Shown here in pieces: positions 10,701 through 20,884 of a DNA stretch of 64,000 nt; position 1 is the stretch's first letter, and each line of letters opens with the position of its first letter. Location of the stretch: NCBI GenBank assembly GCA_002269645.1, contig NIVC01000708.1, forward strand, positions 186,001-250,000, given 5' to 3'. Position numbers and translations under genes: made by a program. Source of the DNA: Macrostomum lignano. Lineage: Eukaryota. A model generated the notes under the pieces. The model did no database searches and was not told the DNA's origin. It saw only the letters and a list, made by a program, of their open reading frames with translations.

Positions 10701-13700
10701 TCTGGTTGACACGCGACTCCCATTCGGTGCGGCGGCATCAGTCAACATTTTCCACCGCCTAACGCAAGCTGTCAAGCGCTTTATGTACAGGCAATTCTCG
10801 CATCTGTCCAAATTCGTCGTCATCGCATACCTCGACGATTTCTGCATAGCTGCCCGGGACTACGAGGTCTGCCTGCAGCTGCACAATTTTCTGCTGGTCA
10901 CCCTGCAGCGCCTCGGCTTTGAGATCAACTGGGCCAAGACGCAGAGCCCAGCCACTTCGGTCACTTTCCTGGGTGTGCAGATCGACACATTGACTGGCCT
11001 GCTGTCACTGCCCGCCAAGAAGATGGACGGCCTTCGAGAACTTCTCCAGGACTGCGCCAACTCGAAGAGCCTGCAAAAACGTCGCCTTCAGCACCTAGTC
11101 GGCAAACTGAACTGGTTCTGCAAAGTGGCCAAACCTGCAAAGGCCCTGCTTCGCGCGCTCCTGGAGATAACCATCGCTATTCCTGAGCAGCATCATCGAG
11201 TACCGGTGCGCGGCGAGCTACTGGCCCAGTTGCAGTTCTGGCAGCATGCAATCCCAGTGTTCCCGACCGACAAGCTGTGGCGGCGTGCACGAGTGCTGGC
11301 AGCGGTCGAGACGGACGCCTGCGTCAGTGCCGGTGGCATGATCCTGAGCACCTCTGATGGCCAGCGCGAGTTCCGCCTCGTCGACTTCTGCAGTGACGCC
11401 GGTGGCATCTTCCTGAGCGAGCACATCAACGCCAAGGAGACGGTACTGCCGCTGCTCGCCATCATTCTGTTCCAGGAGCAGCTGGCCGGCGGCAAGGTGG
11501 CCTGCTACGTCGACAGCAGCGCGGCGGTCGGCACCATCAACCGCGGTGCCTCCAGCAACCCGATCGTCATGACCCTGCTCAAAACGGCCACTCTGGCAGC
11601 GCTGAGGCACGACTTTCAGTTTCGAGCTCACCATATGCCGGGGTCCTGGCAGCTGCTGAGCGACCCGCTGTCGCGCTGCCTGACGCATCCCCGCCACATG
11701 CTGCTGTTTCTGCTGCGCTACTTCGGCCGGGCCAAGGCGCAGCCGGAAGATCTGCGCAGGGCCTGCCTCAATGAGTCAACGGCGGCCCGGTTGCTTGAGC
11801 AGGCGTCGCTCGCGCTGAGCCCCGGTCTCTGGCGCAGTTCTCGAGCGGAGCGAGTTGCGACGGCTGAAGCAGATCCCGAGCTCAGGTACGAGTCTTAGAG
11901 CTATTGCTTGGACCTGGCTTTTTTGGCTTGGTTTAATTTTTTCTGCGGCTCGTTGATTTGATTTTACACGCTTGTCTCCTTCTCCCTCTTTCTGTTGGTG
12001 TTGGGGTTCGTTTTCCCTTTCTGGGCCGCGTCTGCCGGTCTTTTGTGCCACTTGCTTTTACTCTGCGTTAGTCTTTTGGGGTTTAATACGTCAGTTTGAG
12101 GCAGGTATCTGACTCTAACTGGTTTTAAACCCCCCCCCGCGCCGGCCCGGCCTCGCTTTGGTGGGTTGGTGGGGTGCTGGTGCTCTGCGTGCGTGCAGGG
12201 CTTAGGGCAGCCTCCCCCGCTCTGTGCTATTTAGTCACGCGTCGCGGCCGCTGAGTCGGCGTAATTTTGGCAAAATATTTTTTTCTTTTAAATTACAAAA
12301 TCAATATATTTCGTCGCTTAAGGGGTTCGTTTTCCCTTTCTGGGCCGCGTCTGCCGGTCTTTTGTGCCACTTGCTTTTACTCTGCGTTAGTCTTTTGGGG
12401 TTTAACATCTGCATCATCAGCCTGCCATTGCCTACCAAATACTGCGCTGCTGTGATGCTATTATGTTTTCTGCTCTTGTAAGTGATTCGGCTACCAAAAT
12501 CATTAGCCAGTACCTCTTTCTGCTCAAAGCCGTCAAGGAAATCACGAATCAGGAGAGCCTTACGCCTGCCCGAACACTCCATCCGTTCATTAGCCCTGTT
12601 CCGAGACAACAATCTACCAAGTTGCTCATTGCCATTATCTTCCTGGTCTAATCCAGCATCATCGCACACATCAGGAAGGCAACTGGGAGCAGCAGGCTTG
12701 GCACACTCACCGCGATTCATAGGATGGACACTCGCGCTGCAGATCTCCGATCTCCCTCTTGAGTTTAGCGGCTTCCTTGTGTAGCTGCAACAGTCTGATC
12801 TCCTTCTCTGCCTTCGCGATGTCCTCGTCCAGGCCCGCCGCCGACTCCCGAGCCGCCTCCGTGCTGATGTTGTCGTCTGCATTAACTTCTTGCTCAGATT
12901 ATTCCATGTTCTGCAACAGCGAGTCTGTTCACGACTGGTCTGGGGCCGCGAGCAAGGCGCTGACAAGGTCGGCCTTATTGCCCCGACTGCTTACATTAGC
13001 GTGGGCACACAAGGCTTGCAGAGCCATGCACCTTGCTCAGGTGCATGAGTTTCACCCGGTCCGCCATTGCAAAAAGAATCGATACGCACTTGGCAGGCCA
13101 TAGGCAGCCCGCCCCATTTTAGATAAAGGCACATAAACCGGGGGCACGTGAACAAAGGCCCGGCCCACCAACCCCCTGGACCAACGCACAAGAGCCACCC
13201 CCACTGGTTTAACACCCAACCAAGCTACGCCCGGCCGGACCAGTTATTATTTAAGCTCAATCATCCCTCATATTTGCAAAAAAGTTGCTGTGCAAACATC
13301 TGCCGTGCAGAAGTCTGGCCCAGCCAAATTAACCAATAAATCCGCCTTTATTCGATAACTGAAAAGCTTATTGATCGAACTTGATGAACTCCATTCCCCT
13401 TTTTAATATGCTCACAGACCCGCCATCAAGCGCATCAATTTCTGTACTCAATCTGCCAACCTGCGAGAACTCATCCGACGTATTGGTACAGTTCGCATCG
13501 TCTGCATCTCTACCAGTGCCCGAGCACAGATGCGGCGCTGTTGGTGGCGGATTGGAAGTGCGAAACCTCACGCAGCTGTCATTTGTAAATTGCTTGCATT
13601 TTGCAATTTCACACTATGAGTGACTATCCGCTGACATGCTGACCAGCGAGCTTCATCAATTCCAGAGCTCGAGTGGAGACGGTTGGGTCAGCACGTGGGC

Positions 13701-14275
13701 ACTGGCGATCGGGGGGAAGCTGAGCTCAGAGTGGCTTGTGGGCCTCGTCGAGTGCAGCGCAGTGCAGAATCTGCCGCCGGAGATCCGGTTCAAGACCGAG
13801 CACAGGGCCTCAGCTTGCTACAGCTGCGGCAATCACAAAGGTCTCATCAAACCTGATGTGCAGTCCTTACGCATGTACATTTCACAGTTCCTGTACGGAT
13901 TTCTAACAGCAACTGCTCTGCTAAGTGTGCTCTTGCTTGTCTTGGGCTCGGTGAGTAACCCCTCTCTCTACATTATATTTTCCGTCTCTGTGCTCTAAGC
14001 TGCCGTGTTGCATCTGCTAAATTCAGTTTTCAGTCATCAAATTCAGAGTAAAGAAGTCGTGGAAAAAACAAACTATTCCAATGGTAAGCTTTGGTTTTCT
14101 CATTCTGTACAGTCGACTCAAACTGTGACAGCTAAAGTTCGAACTCTTTGCGCTTTAGTCTGATCGATCCACGACGCCCGGATCTGGAGCACCGGTTGCT
14201 GCCGCTTCTGCTGCCATGGAGTATGAGAACTCTGGTTACAACCTGGAGGATGCTACTGGTGTCTACGTGATCTGA
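4755..14275 (+). CDS. IgSF type-I membrane receptor, paralog A, 5'-incomplete. Exons 4755-5003 (acceptor uncertain), 13418-13584, 13666-13950, 14027-14083, 14159-14275
   Basis: GT-AG exons with compatible phases (1,0,0,0). The joined protein reads Ig (VSC...QHSGSYTCQ...TVL) + YPP linker, then a membrane-proximal domain (VLVQF...NLTQLSF|[11 protein letters not shown]...[10 protein letters not shown]). The TM is [21 protein letters not shown]|FSVI, followed by basic [10 protein letters not shown] and a tail ending [19 protein letters not shown]. Each exon is homologous to one in the gene at 20885-38583. Confidence 0.75.
4791..5157 (+). repeat. ~367-bp near-identical copy of 22843-23209 (Ig exon plus downstream intron)
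   Basis: Direct comparison at offset 18052. Only a few substitutions were seen (ggctcg/ggttcg; aaattgaacgga/aaattgattgga). Identity ends at a (GTT)n tract. Confidence 0.95.
5224..6330 (-). pseudogene. Tyrosine recombinase of Ngaro element 1 (frameshifted)
   Basis: The SAM-like N-terminus [17 protein letters not shown] lies at 5893-6135. Catalytic motifs [19 protein letters not shown] (HxxR), LGDW and the terminal FRYL lie in ORF 5224-5859. Confidence 0.85.
6325..7740 (-). pseudogene. RT/RNase H of Ngaro element 1 (split over three frames)
   Basis: ORFs 7423-7740, 7164-7490 and 6325-7230 carry consecutive RT and RNase H motifs homologous to 10156-11898. Confidence 0.87.
8357..9382 (+). CDS. 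Ngaro gag-like ORF1 (SAP/HeH domain, coiled coil, C-terminal CCCH/CCHC finger)
   Basis: [30 protein letters not shown] (SAP-like) at the start and [28 protein letters not shown] at the end. ATG at 8357. Confidence 0.85.
   Translation: MDSTLGSMTVQALKDALREKALPTSGNKEELIGRLLAASQAERAPSDDDGDDDQDEDDVRRAAPAEEATEAQIRQTQKRIELLKLQKAEAQLRDEVQSIRSGAASPPLARGGPDIYASLFGDQSRQPRFDSAGAQRPPSALLIPEFLDERQQSGGWLTQERGRLTLKGATPSLSGVNFGQWVAANARIMQRLLETGQLVAPGTDGQPDCKSLNAYLNFNIHIGELLDAGYDWKVVLQYDQDMRLQQHSRQRDWDSPDLNLIIKHMTAPKNLRAAGPVAVGQGVQGHRSRGQLSSAGQVICGLFNSNKGCHRHTCNFAHICRICEGSHSKLQHSSVAAESKN
9373..11898 (+). CDS. Ngaro pol (RT + RNase H); frame open from 9271, likely entered by -1 frameshift at 9373-9379
   Basis: [32 protein letters not shown] and RNase H VETDAC/VDSS motifs. 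I found no stop and no ATG in this frame between 9271 and 10156. Confidence 0.85.
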   Translation, partial: KKLSKEAGRGGTSFSPKRTASDRQSKILIPCETAARTATGPAARPATRLAARPATRPAARPAARPAARHATRPATRPAAGPAAGPAAGPTAGPAAVPAAGPAAGPAAVPAAGPAAGPAAGPAAGPAAGPAAGPAAGPAAGPAAVPAAGPAAGPAAGPAAGPAAGPAAGPAAGPAAGPAAGPAAGPAAGPAAGPVAGPAAGPAAGPAAGPAAGPAAGPAAGPAAGPAAGPAAGPAAGPAAGPAAGPAAGPAAGAAAGPVAGPVAALRKRWPLLTAAWTPVLLGDSDAEFLIAGIRDGFRITDAAPTSESQLENHASARCEANRNAVELQIREEVVAGRYISATDLGIARPTIISPLGAVPKADGAIRLIHDASAPQGNSLNDLYKPRQKMKFANVEDLTRQLAPSWFISKVDLRHAYRSVQVHPDCYKATGLRWTFELDGQPTYLVDTRLPFGAAASVNIFHRLTQAVKRFMYRQFSHLSKFVVIAYLDDFCIAARDYEVCLQLHNFLLVTLQRLGFEINWAKTQSPATSVTFLGVQIDTLTGLLSLPAKKMDGLRELLQDCANSKSLQKRRLQHLVGKLNWFCKVAKPAKALLRALLEITIAIPEQHHRVPVRGELLAQLQFWQHAIPVFPTDKLWRRARVLAAVETDACVSAGGMILSTSDGQREFRLVDFCSDAGGIFLSEHINAKETVLPLLAIILFQEQLAGGKVACYVDSSAAVGTINRGASSNPIVMTLLKTATLAALRHDFQFRAHHMPGSWQLLSDPLSRCLTHPRHMLLFLLRYFGRAKAQPEDLRRACLNESTAARLLEQASLALSPGLWRSSRAERVATAEADPELRYES
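9490..10150 (+). repeat. 12-bp GC-rich tandem repeat (GGCCCTGCTGCC variants) inside Ngaro 2, reading (PAAG/PAAR)n in the pol frame
   Basis: Visible period-12 array with occasional 9-bp units and no frame-breaking indels. Confidence 0.9.
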
Positions 14276-14295
14276 GGGTTTTCAAGCTGGCAAAG

Positions 14296-17200
14296 TGATC
14301 CTGATCCGGATACTGGTCCTGGTCCCGATCCTGATCCTGATCCTGATCCTGATCCTGATCCTGATCCTGATCCTGATCCTGATCCTGATCCTGATCCTGG
14401 ATCCTGATCCTGATCCTGTCCTGATCCTGATCCTGATCCTGATCCTGATCCTGGATCCTGATACTGATCCTGATCCTGATCCTGATCCTGATCCTGATCC
14501 TGGATCCTGATCCTGATCCTGATCCTGATTCTGATCCTGTCCTGATCCTGATCCTGATCCTGATCCTGATCCTGGATCCTGATCCTGATCCTGATCCTGA
14601 TCCTGATTCTGATCCTGTCCTGATCCTGATCCTGATCCTGATCCTGATCCTGATCCTGGATCCTGATCCTGATCCTGATCCTGATCCTGATCCTGATCCT
14701 GATCCTGATCCTGTTCCTGTCCTGATCCTGATCCTGTCCTGATCCTGATCCTGATCCTGGATCCTGATCCTGATCCTGATCCTGATCCTGATCCTGATCC
14801 TGATCCTGATCCTGATCCTGATCCTGATCCTGATCCTGATCCTGATCCTGATCCTGATCCTGTTCCTGTCCTGATCCTGATCCTGTCCTGATCCTGTCCT
14901 GATCCTGGATCCTGATCCTGATCCTGATCCTGATCCTGATCCTGATCCTGATCCTGATCCTGATCCTCATACTGGTCCTGATCCTGATCCTGATCCTGAT
15001 CCTGATCCTAATACTGGTCCTGATCCTGATCCTGTCCTGATCCTGATCCTGATCCTGATCCTGATCCTGATCCTGATTCTGATCCTGATCCTGATCCCGA
15101 TTCTGATCCTGATCCTGTCCTGATCCTGATCCTGATCCTGATCCTGATCCTGATCCTGATCCTGATCCTGATTCTGATCCTGATCCTGATCCCGATTCTG
15201 ATCCTGATCCTGTCCTGATCCTGATCCTGATCCTGATCCTGATCCTGATCCTGTCCTGATCCTAATCCTGATCCTGTCCTGATCCTGATCCTGATGCTTA
15301 TCCTGATCCTGATCCTGATCCTGATCCTGATCCTGATCCTGATCCTGATCCTGATTCTAATCCTGATCCTGATCCTGATTCTAATCCTGATCCTGATCCT
15401 GATCCTGATCCTGATCCTGATCCTGGATCCTGATCCTGATCCTGATCCTGATCCTGATCCTGATCCTGATCCTGATCCTGATCCTGATCCTAATACTGGT
15501 CCTGATCCTGATCCTGATCCTGATCCTGATCCTAATACTGGTCCTGATCCTGATCCTGTCCTGATCCTGATCCTGATCCTGATCCTGATCCTGATTCTGA
15601 TCCTGATCCTGATCCCGATTCTGATCCTGATCCTGTCCTGATCCTGATCCTGATCCTGATCCTGATCCTGATCCTGATTCTGATCCTGATCCTGATCCCG
15701 ATTCTGATCCTGATCCTGTCCTGATCCTGATCCTGATCCTGATCCTGATCCTGTCCTGATCCTAATCCTGATCCTGTCCTGATCCTGATCCTGATGCTTA
15801 TCCTGATCCTGATCCTAATCCTGATCCTGTCCTGATCCTGATCCTGATGCTTATCCTGATCCCGATCCTGATCCTGATCCTGATCCTAATCCTTATTCTG
15901 TCCTGATCCTGATCCTGATCCTGATCCTGATCCCGATCCTGATCCTGATCCTGATCCCGATCCTGTCCTGATCCTGATCCCGATCCCGATCCTGATCCTC
16001 ATCCTGATCCTGTCCTGATCCTGATCCCGATCCTGATCCTGATCCCGATCCTGATCCTGATCCCGATCCTGATCCTGATCCTGATCCTGATCCTGATCCT
16101 GATCCTGGATCCTGATCCTGATCCTGATCCTGATTCTGATCCTGTCCTGATCCTGATCCTGGATCCTGATCCTGATCCTGATCCTGATCCTGATCCTGTT
16201 CCTGTCCTGATCCTGATCCTGTCCTGATCCTGTCCTGATCCTGATCCTGATCCTGATCCTGATCCTGATCCTGATCCTGATCCTGATCCTGTCCTGATCC
16301 TAATCCTGATCCTGTCCTGATCCTGATCCTGATGCTTATCCTAATCCTGATCCTGATCCTGATCCTGATCCTGATCCTGATCCTGATCCTGATTCTAATC
16401 CTGATCCTGATCCTGATTCTAATCCTGATCCTGATCCTGATCCTGATCCTGATCCTGATCCTGATCCTGATCCTGATCCTAATACTGATCCTGATCCTGA
16501 TCCTGATCCTGATCCTGATCCTGATCCTGATCCTGTTCTGATCCTAATCCTGATCCTGTCCTGATCCTGATCCTTTTCCTTATCCTGATCCTGATCCTGA
16601 TCCTGATCCTGATCCTGATCCTGATCCTGATCCTGATCCTGATCCTGATCCTGATCCCGATCCTGATCCTGATCCTGTCCTGATCCTTTTCCTTATCCTG
16701 ATCCTGATCCTGATCCTGATCCTGATCCTGATCCTGATCCTGTCCTGATCCTTTTCCTTATCCTGTCCTGATCCCGATCCTGATCCTGATCCTGATCCTG
16801 ATCCTGATCCTGATCCTGATCCTTTTCCTTATCCTGTCCTGATCCCGATCCTGATCCTGATCCTTTTCCTTATCCTGTCCTGATCCCGATCCTGATCCTG
16901 ATCCTGATCCTGATCCTGATCCTGATCCTGATCCTGATCCTGATCCTGATCCTGTCCTGATCCTGATTCTGATCCTGATTCTTTTCCTTATCCTGTCCTG
17001 ATCCCGATCCTGATCCTGATCCTGTCCTGATCCTTTTCCTTATCCTGTCCTGATCCCGATCCTTATCCTGATCCTGATCCTGATCCTGATCCTGATCCCG
17101 ATCCTGATCCTGATCCTGATCCTGATCCTGATCCTGATCCTGATCCTGATCCTGATCCTGATCCTGATCCTGATCCTGATCCTGATCCTGATCCTGATCC

Positions 17201-17360
17201 TGATCCTGATCCTGTCCTGATCCTGATCCTGTCCTGATCCTGATCCTGTCCTGAACCTGTCCTGATCCTGATCCTGATCCTGATCCTGATCCTGATCCTT
17301 ATCCTGTCCTGATCCCGATCCTGATCCTGATCCTGATCCTGATCCTGATCCTGATCCTGA
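14296..17360. repeat. (GATCCT)n hexamer array, ~3 kb, with variant units
   Basis: Directly visible. Variants include CTGTC, AATACTGGT, GATGCTTAT and TTTTCCTTAT. Confidence 0.97.
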
Positions 17361-17879
17361 GCCTAATTCGATTTATTGTTCTCAGTTCATGAGGATGTGT
17401 TTATCCCAGAGCTAGATTTACCGTACACATAGGCCAATATATTTTATTTTACTGCGCTTAATACACCTTAGAAATAATGACGCAACACTCCCGAATACTG
17501 TAAAACAGTTTTGAAGCCGACAGTTCAATTACCAATATCACGTGATCTGTTTGATGCGGCAGCAAAATTCTTTTGATAGCTTTTTTCAGAATTTATTCAC
17601 AATTTACTTTTTTGCCAATAAACCATATGATATATAGTATTAGCTAATGCTAAAGATTTGTCTGTGTCTTGAGCTACATCATATCTAGCCTAAAGTCCAA
17701 AAGCTAAGCACTGCAGGTCATTTGATGTTTTCAACAACAGTTTAATATTGGTCCAAGACGTTTTAAAACAAATTTATATTACCATACCTAATTTCATACT
17801 AAATTATATTAAAAAACAACCATGTACACTCTTGCCGGCCACAAGTGGTCACAGAGGGGGGAGGTGTCAGAACACACGT

Positions 17880-18760
17880 CATTGGGCCGCACTTCTCAAA
17901 AATTCATCTCCTTCAGTCAGAGTCGGAACGGGGGTTCTCGCATCCTTCAGAAGCAGCTCAGGGTAGCGCGTCGTTTGCCCTTGGCTTCGTCTCCGCGGAT
18001 CCTGCACCGTTGACAACAGCAGGTCGTGTAACGGCTCACGGCAGCGACTCTTCGACCGGATGACGTGGCCAGCCAGCTTGAGCCAGCTTGAGAGCGCAGC
18101 ATCGCAGAGTGCTCGGCGTAGAGCAGAGAAAAGTCTCGACGACTGTCCGAAACAGCTGAGCCCTGGTCGCGTCATCCAGAGCCTCAGATCGCAGCACTGC
18201 GAGTGCACCGAGCGTAAGGCGTCTCCTCAAGTCACAGGCGATATCAGGCACGAGTTCGCCGAGGTATACAAAATGGGCCCGTTCTATAAAGCCATCGTAA
18301 GATAAGATTGTTCTTAGCTCCTATCTCCGCAGTGTAAAAGTTCCGACGTACGATCGAACTTACGCTACGACAGCTTTATAGTACGACCCCAATGTGTGGA
18401 AGCGGGGTCTCATTCCTGACAGCATCTCGGCAGGTCCAGCGTCATAGTGAAGACTTCTGCGCGTGCAGCGTGAGGCCGACCATCGCTGCCGCTTTCGTCA
18501 AGCCATCCAGCAGCCGTTGGGCGCCTTCGACTGTTGAAGACACTGCAACGCTAGGTCATCCACGTAGCCGAGCACACAAAGACGCTTCTCCGGATGCCTC
18601 CGACTCATGCGACGTCTAAGCATGAAGCCATTGCCATCGTCCGACTCAGGCAGTCTGGTTCTCAGCACCCAGTACTCGTACGGTACCAGCACAGATAGAA
18701 AAGGCGCCAGCGTGTCAACCTGAAGCAGTAATAATCTGCAGTACATGTACAAAGACCAGC
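17880..18760 (-). pseudogene. Decayed non-LTR retrotransposon (RTE-like) RT and 3' region
   Basis: Minus-strand fragments LQVDTLAPFLS (QGDTLAP-like), LGYVDDLAL (YADD-like) and KLAGHVIR...EPLHDLLL...RRRSQG..TRYPELLLKD. Frameshifted, with approximate boundaries. Confidence 0.7.
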
Positions 18761-18928
18761 ATTAAAATTCGCATCTGGATTTTTGCTCTTCCGAATTCCA
18801 AATAGAGCTCTGTCAGGCGAAATTTCAGCTGTTCCTGGCTGTTTGAAATTATTGAGTTATAGTTTAATAAAAGTTTCATCATTAAGCAACGATGCTTTGC
18901 ATAAATGCAAAAGAAAACTCTATTTCAG

Positions 18929-19140
18929 CAATTCCTATACTGACTCGCGAGCAAGCCGTAAACCTATCTGTGACCTGCAGTTCACTGCATACTGCAACGG
19001 CTCAGAGTTCAACAGCAACTCAAGCGATCTGCTGCCCTGCCAACCCAGTCGCAGCAGCAGGGGAGGCCGCAGCCCAGTGGTCTCTCATGTGCCAGCGGCC
19101 CAGGCCCAGCAGGCACGATTCCCAAGTGCAGTCACAATAA
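18929..19140 (+). pseudogene. Frameshifted Ig pseudo-exon of the same receptor family (paralog B remnant)
   Basis: Acceptor tatttcag at 18928 in phase 1. It reads EQAVNLSVTC, then after a frameshift YCNGSEFNSNSSDLLPCQP...AQAQ, matching [24 protein letters not shown]...AQSQ of exon 22502-22738. Confidence 0.5.
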
Positions 19141-19584
19141 TTTGGGGCTAAATTGGAACCTCTTGGGTCTGCTCGTGAAATTAACGCCCTTGATGGCCAA
19201 CCCCCAAGGCACAGTGAAGTGTACATGCCTAACGATAAATAAAGTTAGGCCTGATGTACACTCCTGTTGTGACACAGAACTCGACACTTGCCAACTGGGT
19301 TCTGCTAACAGCTCACTGTTTTGATGGCATTCTGTGTTCTTAAATTTCCTGGACGCAATCATGCAATACAAAGGCCTTCAGACCCTCTGTCGACCTAGTC
19401 TATCATTGTGTTGAAACTTGTGTGAAATTTATGTCCTAGTCATCTGTCCTATGCAGCGCACCTGGCTCAGATAAAGTGGCAGCCGACTTTGCAATTTTTT
19501 TAAAGCCGCGCAGCAGCTGAGGATTGAGAGCCACAGGATGCTGACTCCGCCACCGTAAGTTTTATAGTATTATTAGTAAGCTTT

Positions 19585-20258
19585 ATCTGTCACCCGCTCC
19601 TCAATCTGTCACTCATTCCTCTATCTGTCACTCGCTCCTCTATTTATCACTCATTCCTCTATCTGTCACTCACTCATCTATCTGTCACTCATTCCTCTAT
19701 CTGTCACCCGCTCCTCTATCTGTCCCTCGCTCCTCTATCTATCACTCATTCCTCTATCTGTCACCCGCTCCTCTATCTGTCACCCGCTCCTCTATCTGTC
19801 ACCCGCTCCTCAATCTGTCACTCACTCCTCTATCTGTCACTCATTCCTCTATCTGTCACCCGCTCCTCTATCTGTCACCCGCTCCTCTATCTGTAACTCA
19901 CTCCTCTATCTGTAACTCATCCTCTATCTGTCACTCACTCCTCTATCTGTAACTCATCCTCTATCTGTCACTCACCCCTCTATCTGTCACTCACCCCTCT
20001 ATCTGTCACTCACTCCTCTATCTGTAACTCACTCCTCTATCTGTCACTCACTCCTCTATCTGTAACTCATCCTCATCTGTCACATTCCTTTATCTGTCAC
20101 TCACTCCTCTATCTGTCACTCACTCCTCTATCTGTAACTCACCCCTCTATCTGTCACTCACCCCTCAATCTGTCACTCACTCCTCTATCTGTCACTCACT
20201 CCTCTATCTGTCACTCACTCCTCTATCTGTCACTCACTCCTCTATCTGTCACTCATTC
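19585..20258. repeat. ~19-22-bp minisatellite (CTCTATCTGTCACTCACTC)
   Basis: Directly visible tandem units. Confidence 0.92.
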
Positions 20259-20884
20259 GTCCCTATGCTCGTATAAATGCTATCTCTTCATTTTAGCCAA
20301 CTCAATTAGTTGAAAGAAAGTATTCTTTTAGTACATCAATGTCAATGTCATATCACGTCAATGAGGGCTATGCATCAACTATGCATAACAGTTTGCTAAA
20401 TTTCATCTGAGTTTTCATCTCAATCATTTCTCATCCTATTTCATATTCATTTTTCTTTAAGCAAGCCATCACGTTCCAGCATCGCATGTTCAAATAGAGT
20501 CATTTTATGCGAAATATTTACCTGCAGGGTCAGAGACGGCCAAGCAAACTTAGTCCCCATCGGAGCCAGGAAACCCAAATATGATTTTCGTCGCTTATTC
20601 AAACCAAGTTCAGTTTGGCCAAGGACTTCTATTATCTAGAAGTCCTTGGTTTGGCTAAGCTGCAGCCAGAGAGTTTGTAAACATTTTATTTCAACTTGCA
20701 GTCTTATACACAGATGGAACTTGTAGTCACCACCTGCCGGAACAGAACTTGCGACTGCAGCCCTGCATCAATGGTTTCTGCAGCCAAATACAAAAGCCAA
20801 GACACAAGATCAAAATGGATTATTTTTTGCTGCGCTTGTTGTACTAACGACAGAATTGCTTTGAAGTGATCAGCAAGTGTCTGC

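Larger units (their letters stand above)
8128..12402 (+). mobile_element. Ngaro-type retrotransposon 2 with split direct repeats A1-gag-RT/RH-B1-A2-B2; tyrosine recombinase deleted
   Basis: A1 8128-8323 equals A2 12087-12282 except for homopolymer length, and B1 12003-12083 is near-identical to B2 12322-12402. This is the diagnostic Ngaro/PAT repeat layout. There is no TSD. Gag and RT/RH are intact, and no YR catalytic motifs occur between 11898 and B1. Confidence 0.92.
5224..13250 (-). mobile_element. Ngaro-type (DIRS order) tyrosine-recombinase retrotransposon 1, degenerate, interrupted in gag by element 2
   Basis: On the minus strand the order is gag (SAP-like start near 13067; ALLIRDFLD...; continued at 8127-7690 with IGELFDAGF and a CCCH finger), then RT ([27 protein letters not shown]), RNase H (IETDAS) and tyrosine recombinase. 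It carries several frameshifts and stops. 3' terminal repeats were not found and the 5' end is approximate. Confidence 0.85.

Noticed and set aside
14222-14272. ITAM in the tail of paralog A
   Set aside because: The tyrosines (YENS, YNLE, YVI) do not fit YxxL/I-x6-8-YxxL/I, so I call them only generic Tyr motifs.
14263-16541. ORFs such as (RI)n, (QD)n, (GS)n and (IL)n
   Set aside because: They are translations of the GATCCT hexamer array.
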